Source: a virus
Lineage: Duplodnaviria; Caudoviricetes
Length of the DNA stretch: 25,434 nucleotides
Strand: one strand, 5' to 3'
IMG/VR virus record: IMGVR_UViG_3300017540_000017
Span: 1 to 25,434 of that record
In this document: one piece after another, positions 1-7,810 of the stretch
Position numbering within the stretch: the stretch's first letter is position 1
Layout: the number at the start of each line of letters is the position of its first letter
Notes under the pieces: model-generated
What the model saw: the letters and a program-made list of their open reading frames with translations, nothing else
Told to the model about the DNA's origin: nothing
Databases searched by the model: none
Made by a program: the position numbers and the translations under genes

Positions 1-375
1 ATTCTTGGGGCGGTCGCGGCGATAATTGCTTCGATATCTCCAGCTTCGGCAGACTCCCGGAAGTGGGTCGCAGTTGACGACCTGAGAAGATACACCTGCC
101 CCTCGGTAAAGTGCGGCGTCGTCGGCCGCTTCTTCTTCCGGGAAACGCTACAGGTTTTTGAGGCCGCGGATGGATGGTCGAGGATATCAAACTACAAGAC
201 GGCCGGGTGCTTTGATGGAAAGTCATTGTACGTGGAGACTGGCCCCAGCGATTGCTCTGCCGAGAATGGTGTTGCGAACGGCAAGTTTGCTGAGTGGGTA
301 AAGTCAAAGTTCCTGGCAAGCGAGCCGCCGATCGAGCCGATGAAAAGAGGTCCCGAGGATATTGGGGAGGGGTGA
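1..375 (+). CDS. Partial (5'-truncated) secreted protein, SH3-like domain; absent from the ORF track
   Basis: Frame 1 is open from base 1 to TGA 373-375: ILGAVAAIIASISPASA|DSRKWVAVDDLRRYTCPSVKCGVVG...VFEAADGWSRIS; signal-peptide-like N-terminus ending ASA, 4 Cys. Confidence 0.7.
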   Translation: MLGAVAAIIASISPASADSRKWVAVDDLRRYTCPSVKCGVVGRFFFRETLQVFEAADGWSRISNYKTAGCFDGKSLYVETGPSDCSAENGVANGKFAEWVKSKFLASEPPIEPMKRGPEDIGEG

Positions 376-404
376 TTCCAGCAACTGCCCTCTCCCCCTT
401 TCTT
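364..404 (+). terminator. Possible intrinsic terminator after the SH3-like gene
   Basis: GGGGAGGGG (364-372) pairs with CCTCTCCCC (389-397), followed by CTTTCTT; loop is long. Confidence 0.4.
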
Positions 405-589
405 ATGTCTCGGTCTTGCTTCATCAGACTCCTCCTGATCCTCCCAAGGCAGTCTGACACACAGCAGCTTGGATCGCTAGGTGATCGGCGCACACGATCT
501 TCCCTGGCAAAACGGGTAATGCCTAAGCTCGCTCCACTAGACAGGGCGCTTGCTTTTCCCCCATAACTTGCATTGGGGGCAATGAAACG

Positions 590-1042
590 ATGCAAAAATT
601 GACCATTACTGCGGTTCTGGCGCTTGGGCTCGCCGGCTGCGCAACCACAAGCTACAATGTTGACGAACTACCAACAAAGGACACTCGCGCCCTTTGCCGA
701 ATCGTCGCTGAACATCCTAACCAGGAATTCAAGGCCGAAGCGGTCAAACTTCTCGCGAAACGCGGCGCTACTCCTGAAAGGTGTGTACGATTAATCCAAG
801 CCGACAACGCCATGATAACTGGGATCGCAGTTGCCGGAGCCGCAGTAGCGGTTGGAGCCGCCGCGAACAACGGCGGGTACTACACGCCGCGATATCGCGC
901 CTATGGCGTCGCCTGGGATCAGTTCCAAAACGAATATTACCAAACGACATGGCGTTGCCGCGATCGGGCTAATGGTCAGTTCGTTCCTGATTATCAGTGC
1001 AGCCACCTGGCAATGGTGGATTCCACTTGGCCTGGCTGGTGA
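590..1042 (+). CDS. Lipoprotein of unknown function (moron)
   Basis: Lipobox LAGC after a hydrophobic signal peptide; Ala/Gly-rich glycine-zipper-like segment; small Cys-containing C-terminal domain. Confidence 0.85.
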   Translation: MQKLTITAVLALGLAGCATTSYNVDELPTKDTRALCRIVAEHPNQEFKAEAVKLLAKRGATPERCVRLIQADNAMITGIAVAGAAVAVGAAANNGGYYTPRYRAYGVAWDQFQNEYYQTTWRCRDRANGQFVPDYQCSHLAMVDSTWPGW

Positions 1043-1057
1043 TCTCATGCAGGACCA

Positions 1058-2488
1058 CTAGCGAGGCAATTGCGACAACAACTCGCCCCTGAATTTCGAA
1101 AAGTTGGACCTTGGCCAAGACGTATCGTGGTTCACTTCGGCGTAAGCACGCCAATCGCCATTGCCGAATCGCTCCCTCATTCCGTCCAGAGCAGGCTTCA
1201 TGACCGCTGCCATCTCAATGTATTCAGACCTTAGCGGCGAAAACCGCCGCTGAACTTCAGCCTCCGAAAGCTGCGGTGCTAGGTGACCATACGTCCGATC
1301 CACCGTGGCAATGTCGGCGTGGCCAAGCTGCTTTGCCACAATGGACAATTGCATTCCGGCCTGCACCAGTTGGCTGGCATAAGTGTGCCTGAGACTGTGA
1401 AACACCGTACTCTTCGGGAGCCCGCAGGCATCGGTCAGATCGCGAAACAGGTGTTTGTAACGCTCACTCCAGGGACGCCCGTCCTGGTTTCGGAAAACAT
1501 ATTCGTGGCCCTGCCGCTCACGGCAGAGTGAAAGAAAGAAAGCCATCCCCTCTTCCGGCAGGAGGACGAACCGCGGCCTATAGTTCTTCGATGGAGAAAC
1601 GTAGATTCCGAAACCCTCACGGCCAACGTCTGCAACTTTGAGATAGACCAATTCACGCACTCTGCAGCCGGTATAAAGGGCGCCAAGAACAAGCTCCCGG
1701 AGGTCCGGACGGGCCGCCTCTATAAGCCGCGTGCATTCTTCTCTTCTGAGGAAGACCATGCGTGGACGGTCGACATTCGGAAGGTGCCTCAGGCACCGTT
1801 GCGGGCGATCAGTATCAATCTCGCCATTGTCCCAAGCTAGCGCAAATGCACCACGCAGGGTGCTGGTCAGCGCATTCATCGTCTTCTTTCGTTTGCGCAG
1901 CGCCTCGGGATCCAAATCGCTGATATCGCGACGCGCACCGATGGCACGATTCCCGTATTTTGGGGGCGTTTCCAGAACGTCGACGCATAGCTGGTGAAAG
2001 TGCCGCCCATTGAAATCAGCCAATGGCACGCTCGCAACGCGGCCCGCCAAGTGGTGATTGATCATGGTAAGGACCGAATAGAAGGTTGTTGGTGCTGCAG
2101 CCAGTCGCTTCCATTCAAGATAGTCTCGGAGCGCATGCCCAACGGTATAGACCGGCCCGATAGGGCAGTAGATCAGTTGGCCGTTGTACCGGACGATGTG
2201 GCGCGAAATGGCCTTCTCGCAAATTGAAGTCGAGGCAAACCATTGCTCGGCTTCCCTGACTGCCCCCTTGAAGGTGAGACCGGGATAGCGGGCGCTTTCC
2301 ATCGGCCCCAGCGAAGTCTCATGATAGAGACCATTCCTGGCTCGGTAGCGCGCCTTCCAGATGGCTTTGGTATTGCCCTTGCAGAGAATTCCGACGTGGC
2401 GCCCCGGGCCAAGTTCATACCAATATGGAGCCCTCCTAGGAGCGAGACTGTCTCTGATCTGCTGTGACGTAAGGTCATACTTTGCCAT
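1058..2488 (-). CDS. Second tyrosine recombinase / site-specific integrase (476 aa)
   Basis: TGCR (Arg), SKN (Lys), FHSLRH (HxxR), LGH...TYGH (His, Tyr); GGAGG upstream of ATG 2488 (preferred over the ORF-track start 2527). Confidence 0.92.
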   Translation of the reverse strand: MAKYDLTSQQIRDSLAPRRAPYWYELGPGRHVGILCKGNTKAIWKARYRARNGLYHETSLGPMESARYPGLTFKGAVREAEQWFASTSICEKAISRHIVRYNGQLIYCPIGPVYTVGHALRDYLEWKRLAAAPTTFYSVLTMINHHLAGRVASVPLADFNGRHFHQLCVDVLETPPKYGNRAIGARRDISDLDPEALRKRKKTMNALTSTLRGAFALAWDNGEIDTDRPQRCLRHLPNVDRPRMVFLRREECTRLIEAARPDLRELVLGALYTGCRVRELVYLKVADVGREGFGIYVSPSKNYRPRFVLLPEEGMAFFLSLCRERQGHEYVFRNQDGRPWSERYKHLFRDLTDACGLPKSTVFHSLRHTYASQLVQAGMQLSIVAKQLGHADIATVDRTYGHLAPQLSEAEVQRRFSPLRSEYIEMAAVMKPALDGMRERFGNGDWRAYAEVNHDTSWPRSNFSKFRGELLSQLPR

Positions 2489-2548
2489 GCCGCTGATCCT
2501 CCAGGCCTGAATGGCCGTAAGGATCACACGCTCGCGTGGCGCTGTCGC

Positions 2549-3208
2549 CTAAATAACTTCCCGCTCCTTCTGCTTTAGTCCTCTCCGGCGCCTGCGCTCA
2601 TTGCGCTTTCTGGCCCACGAAAAATCAGCTGGCCGATCGGAGAAGAAAGAGCTGAATGCATCATCAGCGGCCCATGAAACGATGCTGGATGTCTCCTGCA
2701 CAGGTGCCGCGAGGCTATCCAAAGTATCCTCGATTTCAGGCTCCTCAGGCAACACCCCGAAACCTGCATTTTCGTTATTCTGCGATGCCCTGCCGAGCAG
2801 TTTTCGCGCAATGCATGCAAGCGCGCGGTCTTTGCGACGCCTTCCTGTTTCAGGGTGAATGCCGGCCTTCTCGAAACACCAGTCCTTGAAGTGCAGGTGC
2901 GGGTTGGCCATCGCCCATACCCAGGCGGATAAAGCAGCACGATCTTGCTCCTTAGCGACCAGTGCCAGCCAGCCCAGTGCTTCCTCACCTTCGGAGACCT
3001 GCTGCGGTGTCGGCCGGCGTAGTATCCGCTCCCAGAGCAACCGCGCTTCTTCCTCTAATCGCTCCTTGCCCCAGCCGTTCACGTCCGCCCAGGAATGGGC
3101 ATAGCCGAGATTGAGGGATCGGGCATGCGACGGCCCCACCTGACCGCCACTGAAAATGGCGATTTCCGCCGCCTGAATCAGGCGCTCTGAAATCTCGCCT
3201 GGGTTCAT
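2549..3208 (-). CDS. Putative phage late transcriptional regulator (DUF6362-like, antiterminator position)
   Basis: Last phage-type gene of the replication operon; ISERLIQAAE...RRPTPQQVSEGEEALGWL pattern and an HTH-like GIHPETGRRR segment; function inferred from position. Confidence 0.55.
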   Translation of the reverse strand: MNPGEISERLIQAAEIAIFSGGQVGPSHARSLNLGYAHSWADVNGWGKERLEEEARLLWERILRRPTPQQVSEGEEALGWLALVAKEQDRAALSAWVWAMANPHLHFKDWCFEKAGIHPETGRRRKDRALACIARKLLGRASQNNENAGFGVLPEEPEIEDTLDSLAAPVQETSSIVSWAADDAFSSFFSDRPADFSWARKRNERRRRRGLKQKEREVI

Positions 3209-3399
3209 GGATCGAGCTTTCCTCGCGTGGTGGATGCGCGCCAGGTCTCACCGTGGCACTTGATGACGAATATTCCCTCGCCGGTTTCCCGGTTCGTGTC
3301 GGCAATCTCAGGCGTGAATTCCTCAACATCCTTTCCGCACACGCCGCAGAACAGAATGTCACCTATGCCGCCGCGCGGTATTCGAGGAACCCTGACCAT
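3205..3399 (-). CDS. Small hypothetical protein, possible zinc finger
   Basis: CGVC...CHG; overlaps both neighbours. Confidence 0.7.
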   Translation of the reverse strand: MVRVPRIPRGGIGDILFCGVCGKDVEEFTPEIADTNRETGEGIFVIKCHGETWRASTTRGKLDP

Positions 3400-3845
3400 T
3401 AGATCCTCCTCCGATCATCCAGCAGATCGAGCTGATCCGCATTCGGGCCAAACCTACGATATAACCGCTCGTAGACCATACCGCCCAAGGCAAACCGTTG
3501 GGGAATGAGGCCCCTCAAATCCTGGCACATGAACTGCAGTTCACCAGCGGGGATATGGTCCCACGTTTCCAGCCAAGCGCCGGCTTCTCGCTCGATGAGC
3601 GCCTGACACGCGCAAACCATATCCGAGACCATCCAGAGCCCCACCTCATCTAGCAAGAGCTTGTGATTGCCTGCTTCCATGAGCGTCGATAGCACGAGCC
3701 GCAAATGCCCTTCCCCATGACGTCGATATATGCGGGCGAGCGTTTCCACTGCGCGCGTTTCGCCGGGCTCTGGGTAGCGGTGCTTGTCGATGATGCGGAT
3801 GCCGTACTCATCGCATAGGCTCTGGATGTGAGCGGGGATGATCAT
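3399..3845 (-). CDS. Hypothetical phage protein (148 aa)
   Basis: Protein-like composition; coupled to neighbours. Confidence 0.8.
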   Translation of the reverse strand: MIIPAHIQSLCDEYGIRIIDKHRYPEPGETRAVETLARIYRRHGEGHLRLVLSTLMEAGNHKLLLDEVGLWMVSDMVCACQALIEREAGAWLETWDHIPAGELQFMCQDLRGLIPQRFALGGMVYERLYRRFGPNADQLDLLDDRRRI

Positions 3846-4018
3846 GTGGGTTCAACCCCGTTCTTTCGAAGGAAGGCCGCGAACACCTCATCGTGCTTCG
3901 CCATCTCCCAAACAAAGCCGTGAGAAAGGAGCCCGCGCCGGAAGGTTTCCAGCGTATCGGTGTAGGAGGCTCGATAGCCAACCGGTCTGGGGAGTGCGGA
4001 AAAGTCGAATGAGTTCAC
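3842..4018 (-). CDS. Small hypothetical protein (58 aa; not in ORF track)
   Basis: GGAGG SD, GTG start overlapping the upstream TGA, stop overlapping the next ATG; MNSFDFSALPRPVGYRASY...GVEPT. Confidence 0.7.
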   Translation of the reverse strand: MNSFDFSALPRPVGYRASYTDTLETFRRGLLSHGFVWEMAKHDEVFAAFLRKNGVEPT

Positions 4019-4326
4019 GGCCGCCTCCGCGTCTCTACTTTTGTGTACCGGGTTGATCCCTTCTGCCTGATGAGCGTCGGGAACAAGGCATCTCCTGCAG
4101 AGACGGCAGCTGAAATCACGGCGCCATCCCGCCGGTATTTCCGCTCCTCGATCTTGTGTTTGATGCGCCAGGCCGCGAGCTCGGCTTCCTCCGCCGTACC
4201 GAAATAGAGTACGCGCCCTTCCCTATGCTCTCTCACCAGGAAGGCCTCGGAGCGCCACGCTACTCGGAAGCGTCCGATATAGGCGCCGCCTATGGTCTTC
4301 TCCGCGAATGCCGTGGAGTGATTCAA
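4015..4326 (-). CDS. Hypothetical phage protein (103 aa)
   Basis: ATGA overlap with the dnaB stop; SD within the dnaB tail. Confidence 0.75.
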   Translation of the reverse strand: MNHSTAFAEKTIGGAYIGRFRVAWRSEAFLVREHREGRVLYFGTAEEAELAAWRIKHKIEERKYRRDGAVISAAVSAGDALFPTLIRQKGSTRYTKVETRRRP

Positions 4327-5768
4327 AGCATCGCCTCCATAAGCTCGGGCTGGTCGTTCACTTGCTCGCTGCGATAGCGGGTAAAACGGGCCTCGAAGAT
4401 GAGATTGCGGGTGATGGCGGCATTGCCGAACCTCACCTTGATCGCGCCGATCTGGGCGATGTCCTCTCCACCCTCGCGAACAGCTGATGGGAACACCTTC
4501 CCAATTTTCTTCCAGTCGCTCTCAGACGAGGCGATGGCCTTCCGCTCCTCGAGGAATTTCAGATAGCGGTAGACGTAGAAGATGGCGTCGTAGGCCTGCT
4601 TGGCCGGATCACCGCCAAAGAGGTCCGCTGAGATTGGCCGGGGGTTGTCGCGCTTCATGCCGTAGCTGTTGCGCTGATTGAGGACGAGCCACGCCGCCCC
4701 GGTCTGCTCCGCGCCGACCTTGAACACCTTGTTGATGTCCTTGGCCTTGGTGCCCTCGTCCGCCCGTCGGTCTTCCGGCTTCACCGCGCCAATATGGTCA
4801 ACGACGATCAGCGGGACATTTCCGTTGCCGAAGCGCTTCACAAAGGCGCGGGCGAAGGCGAGGAGCTGCGGCGCGCTATGATCTGTGCATTTGACCACCT
4901 CGAAAGGCTGGCGATCGATCCATTCGGAGAAGTCGACGACCGTCTCCCATTCCTTCTCTGAGAGGTCGCCTGCCCGCTGCCGTCGCGCCTCGATGCCGTG
5001 CTCTTGCGCCACCAACTGCCGGATGCACTGCTCGGCGGATTGGTCGAAGCTCAGGAACTGGACCGGATGCCCCTTCTTGAGCGCGTGCATGATGATCTGC
5101 AGGGTGAGCGAGGTTTTGCCCTCGCCTGATGAGGAAAGAAGCCCGTAGAGGTTTCCTGCCTCGAATGATGGCTCGGAGATGACCGCGGCAATCTCCGGCA
5201 GGCAGATCGGCACACCGAGCACCTTGCCACGCTGGCGGGCCTCTGTGAGGCTCTGAAGGTACTGCCGGCCATGGGAAGCTGTTCCGCTGGCGCTCACGCG
5301 CTCGGCGCGGAGCTTAGCAAGCATATCCTCGACCGGGACCGCCTCCGTCAGTGGGTCCATGCCTGGGCGCCTCTGGTAGAGCTTGGCAACCGTGTCCTCG
5401 CAGGCGACGATGATCTGCCGGGACATCCAAGCATCGAAGATCGAGGCTGCATAATCCTGTGCCATGACGATGGTCACGGCATCGGCGCAGAGCGCGGCGA
5501 GATATTGCGCCACCGTCATCTCTCCGACCTTGGCATCGGCCGGGAGGAAATCGCGCAGGGTGATCGGGTCCGCTCTGCGGCCGACGGTGATCAGATCCCC
5601 CGAGGCCTTGAAGATGTCGCGGTGCAGCGGCTCAAAGAAGTGCTCAGGCCGCACTATACGCGAGACCAGGTCGTAGCAGGCGTTGTTCACCATCACGGCG
5701 CCGAGCAGTGCTTGCTCGGCTTCGATGTTGTGCGGGACTTCGCGGATGGGATCGGCGAGCGCGTTCAT
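4323..5768 (-). CDS. dnaB: DnaB-like replicative helicase (divergent, 481 aa)
   Basis: N-terminal PHNIEAEQALLGA; Walker A SSSGEGKTS; Walker B IVVDH; KVRFG finger motif; start at ATG 5768 with GAGGG SD. Confidence 0.92.
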   Translation of the reverse strand: MNALADPIREVPHNIEAEQALLGAVMVNNACYDLVSRIVRPEHFFEPLHRDIFKASGDLITVGRRADPITLRDFLPADAKVGEMTVAQYLAALCADAVTIVMAQDYAASIFDAWMSRQIIVACEDTVAKLYQRRPGMDPLTEAVPVEDMLAKLRAERVSASGTASHGRQYLQSLTEARQRGKVLGVPICLPEIAAVISEPSFEAGNLYGLLSSSGEGKTSLTLQIIMHALKKGHPVQFLSFDQSAEQCIRQLVAQEHGIEARRQRAGDLSEKEWETVVDFSEWIDRQPFEVVKCTDHSAPQLLAFARAFVKRFGNGNVPLIVVDHIGAVKPEDRRADEGTKAKDINKVFKVGAEQTGAAWLVLNQRNSYGMKRDNPRPISADLFGGDPAKQAYDAIFYVYRYLKFLEERKAIASSESDWKKIGKVFPSAVREGGEDIAQIGAIKVRFGNAAITRNLIFEARFTRYRSEQVNDQPELMEAML

Positions 5769-6682
5769 CCGATCGCCCTCCCTGGTACCAAGCCGTTGAC
5801 TGAGATCCCGATTGCCTGTTCCCTTTCCGAAATGGGCAGGGATGGGAGAATCCACAGATGGCGTGGGGTTATGAGCGCGACCGCATCTACAACCGCCGGC
5901 GTGACATTCACGCAAGATTTCGGGGTCAACAACAGGGAGGCATAATCACACCAGCCGCTCACCCCCTGGTGATCATCATTACAGGAGAAGAGGGCCTGGA
6001 GCACGGCTATGCCGACCGTTGGCGAGATGATGGTGCGTTCGAATATTTCGGTGAAGGACAGATCGGTGATATGCAAATGCTCCGCGGGAACGAAGCGATC
6101 GCGCGACATTCCGAGCGTGGCAAAGACCTTCTTCTCTTCAGGAAGGAGCGAAGCGGTCTCCGATTCATCGATGAGCTGGTCTACGAGGCACACCACATCG
6201 AACGTGCACCTGACCGACAAGGCGATCTTCGTAATGCAATCGTTTTTGAGCTTCGTCCCCTGGATGGAATAGCAGAGGCTATAGGCGAGCCTGAAGCCAT
6301 CGCTCACCCTAACCTCGCACTCATGCGGGCCGCTGCTTTTCGAGCGGCGAACTTCGCCCCCGATCGCCGCCCGGTACAGGGAGCCGCGATCGAACGAAGC
6401 CGAGCAGTGAGGGACTATGTCGTGGCCCGTGGGAACGGCCGGTGCGAGGGGTGCGAGAGTCCAGCTCCATTCATGCGCGCTAACGGCACTCCTTATCTGG
6501 AGCCACACCACTTGCGCAGACTGAGTGATGGCGGCCCGGATGATCCGCGTTTCGTTATTGCGCTTTGCCCGAACTGCCATCGCCGAGTTCATCATGGGAT
6601 GGACGGCCAGGCCTATAACACAGAGCTTTTGGACCGAATGGCACTCATTGAGCCGCCGGTTGAGGTTTGAACGAAAGCTCAC
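5765..6682 (-). other. Antisense 'bridge' ORF (305 codons) coupling ruvC-like gene to dnaB across the SRA-HNH gene
   Basis: GTG 6682 overlaps ruvC-like TGA; its TGA overlaps dnaB ATG; no internal stop; product not recognisable. Confidence 0.45.
5858..6670 (+). CDS. SRA-HNH modification-dependent (McrA-like, type IV) restriction endonuclease
   Basis: N-terminal YNRRRDIH..GQQQGGIITP..GYADRW..EYFGEGQIGDM..GNEAI (SRA-like); C-terminal CEGC...EPHH...CPNCH HNH; inverted relative to the operon. Confidence 0.85.
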   Translation: MAWGYERDRIYNRRRDIHARFRGQQQGGIITPAAHPLVIIITGEEGLEHGYADRWRDDGAFEYFGEGQIGDMQMLRGNEAIARHSERGKDLLLFRKERSGLRFIDELVYEAHHIERAPDRQGDLRNAIVFELRPLDGIAEAIGEPEAIAHPNLALMRAAAFRAANFAPDRRPVQGAAIERSRAVRDYVVARGNGRCEGCESPAPFMRANGTPYLEPHHLRRLSDGGPDDPRFVIALCPNCHRRVHHGMDGQAYNTELLDRMALIEPPVEV

Positions 6683-7230
6683 GCCGCCGCCCTCACCCGT
6701 TGCAGCAATTTCAGTTCTTGGCAGTGGCCAGCGCACCAGAGAGCTATTACGGCGGCATCCCGCGAATCGGCGTTCGGGCTGTCAATGCGGAGCATGTCGC
6801 AGTACGCCTTGGCGCGCTGCTTGGGCGCGCCGCGGATATGGTCCGGGATGATGCTCTGCCACGTCCTTGGCGAAACCAGCGTGCAGGGTACGTTCTGCCC
6901 AAGCACAACCATTTCAGCCGCGCCGGCGAGCCAGTTGAGCTGCATAATCGTGTTGGCGTTGATGGTACTGGTCTCCTCCTCAACGCCCATGAGGGTGCGG
7001 GTTTTCTTCTTGAACTGCGGGATGAAGGTCAGAGGCGCTTCCATGGCCGCGAACGCCGGCTGATGCTGGCGGATCAGCTTAGGCAGCTTCCGGCGCATAT
7101 CCTGCGTCTTCTCGAAGGCGTTGGAGCCCTCCAGCTTGATCGAGCCGGAGAGTATGGCGGATGGCGTCTTATCCGTATCGTGGATGGCCCAGCCGAGCTT
7201 GGAAGCCACATCGAGCGCCAGGATCAGCAT
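6679..7230 (-). CDS. RuvC-like Holliday junction resolvase
   Basis: MLILALD..GWA, AMEAP and DSRDA acidic motifs of the RNase H fold; GGAGG before ATG 7230. Confidence 0.8.
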   Translation of the reverse strand: MLILALDVASKLGWAIHDTDKTPSAILSGSIKLEGSNAFEKTQDMRRKLPKLIRQHQPAFAAMEAPLTFIPQFKKKTRTLMGVEEETSTINANTIMQLNWLAGAAEMVVLGQNVPCTLVSPRTWQSIIPDHIRGAPKQRAKAYCDMLRIDSPNADSRDAAVIALWCAGHCQELKLLQRVRAAA

Positions 7231-7265
7231 GGAACCTGCCTCCATGCGGGGCGATTTGGCCGGGT

Positions 7266-7517
7266 ATGACTATTGGATCGTGGAGAACGCCCATCAGAAT
7301 ACGCGCCGGACAGCGGGGCACCGTGCTTACGTTTGTCAATGATGCGCTGAGTGCTGCGGTGCTCCTTTTCCACGGCTGGCCCGAGCAGGCAATGCTGACC
7401 CCGAAGCATCTTGAGGCTCAGGAACGGTGTCATCTCTGCATGGTGGGCAGATGCGATCCTGAGGAAGCTCGGAAGGCGTTCATCAAGGCCGCAGAGGAAG
7501 CCGGCATTCTGGATTGA
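7266..7517 (+). CDS. DUF982 family protein
   Basis: W..PI.I...A..LL..WP...H..A...C......EEARKAFIKAAEEAGIL. Confidence 0.85.
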   Translation: MTIGSWRTPIRIRAGQRGTVLTFVNDALSAAVLLFHGWPEQAMLTPKHLEAQERCHLCMVGRCDPEEARKAFIKAAEEAGILD

Positions 7518-7556
7518 GGCGGGAACAAGCCCCCTCGCCTGCGGTTCGGCAGCGCT

Positions 7557-7808
7557 ATGGTTGTTGGTGGATGGAAGCCGGCTGTTTCGGTTCATGCGGG
7601 GCGGCACGGCGGCAGGAATTACGTCATCACCGATGCGGCGAAGGCCGCAGACGTACTCCTGCATGATTGGCCGGATAACGCGCCAAGAGGCCGGAAGCAC
7701 CTGAAAGCGAGAAAGGTTTTGCTGCGCTGCCTGGAAGGGAAGTGCGATCCCGGACAGGCGAGACAGGCATTTGTCGAGGCTGCGGAGGAAGCAAATATCC
7801 TGGCGTAG
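7557..7808 (+). CDS. DUF982 family protein (second copy)
   Basis: LLHDWP...H..A.......L......ARQAFVEAAEEANIL. Confidence 0.85.
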   Translation: MVVGGWKPAVSVHAGRHGGRNYVITDAAKAADVLLHDWPDNAPRGRKHLKARKVLLRCLEGKCDPGQARQAFVEAAEEANILA

Positions 7809-7810
7809 CG

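Noticed and set aside
294-566. 90-aa ORF from the track
   Set aside because: Overlaps the better frame-1 gene and a terminator; no SD and not protein-like.
791-1048. Minus-strand ORF starting 10 bp after the second integrase, antisense to the lipoprotein
   Set aside because: It stops at 791, midway through the lipoprotein gene, so it is not a complete bridge and is a partial counter-example to the pattern.
5796-5824. TTGACT as promoter for the SRA-HNH gene
   Set aside because: The -10 at 17 bp (TTCCCT) is too poor to call.
5769-5915. N-terminal extension of dnaB in the ORF track
   Set aside because: It overlaps the HNH gene; the SD and DnaB homology begin at ATG 5768.
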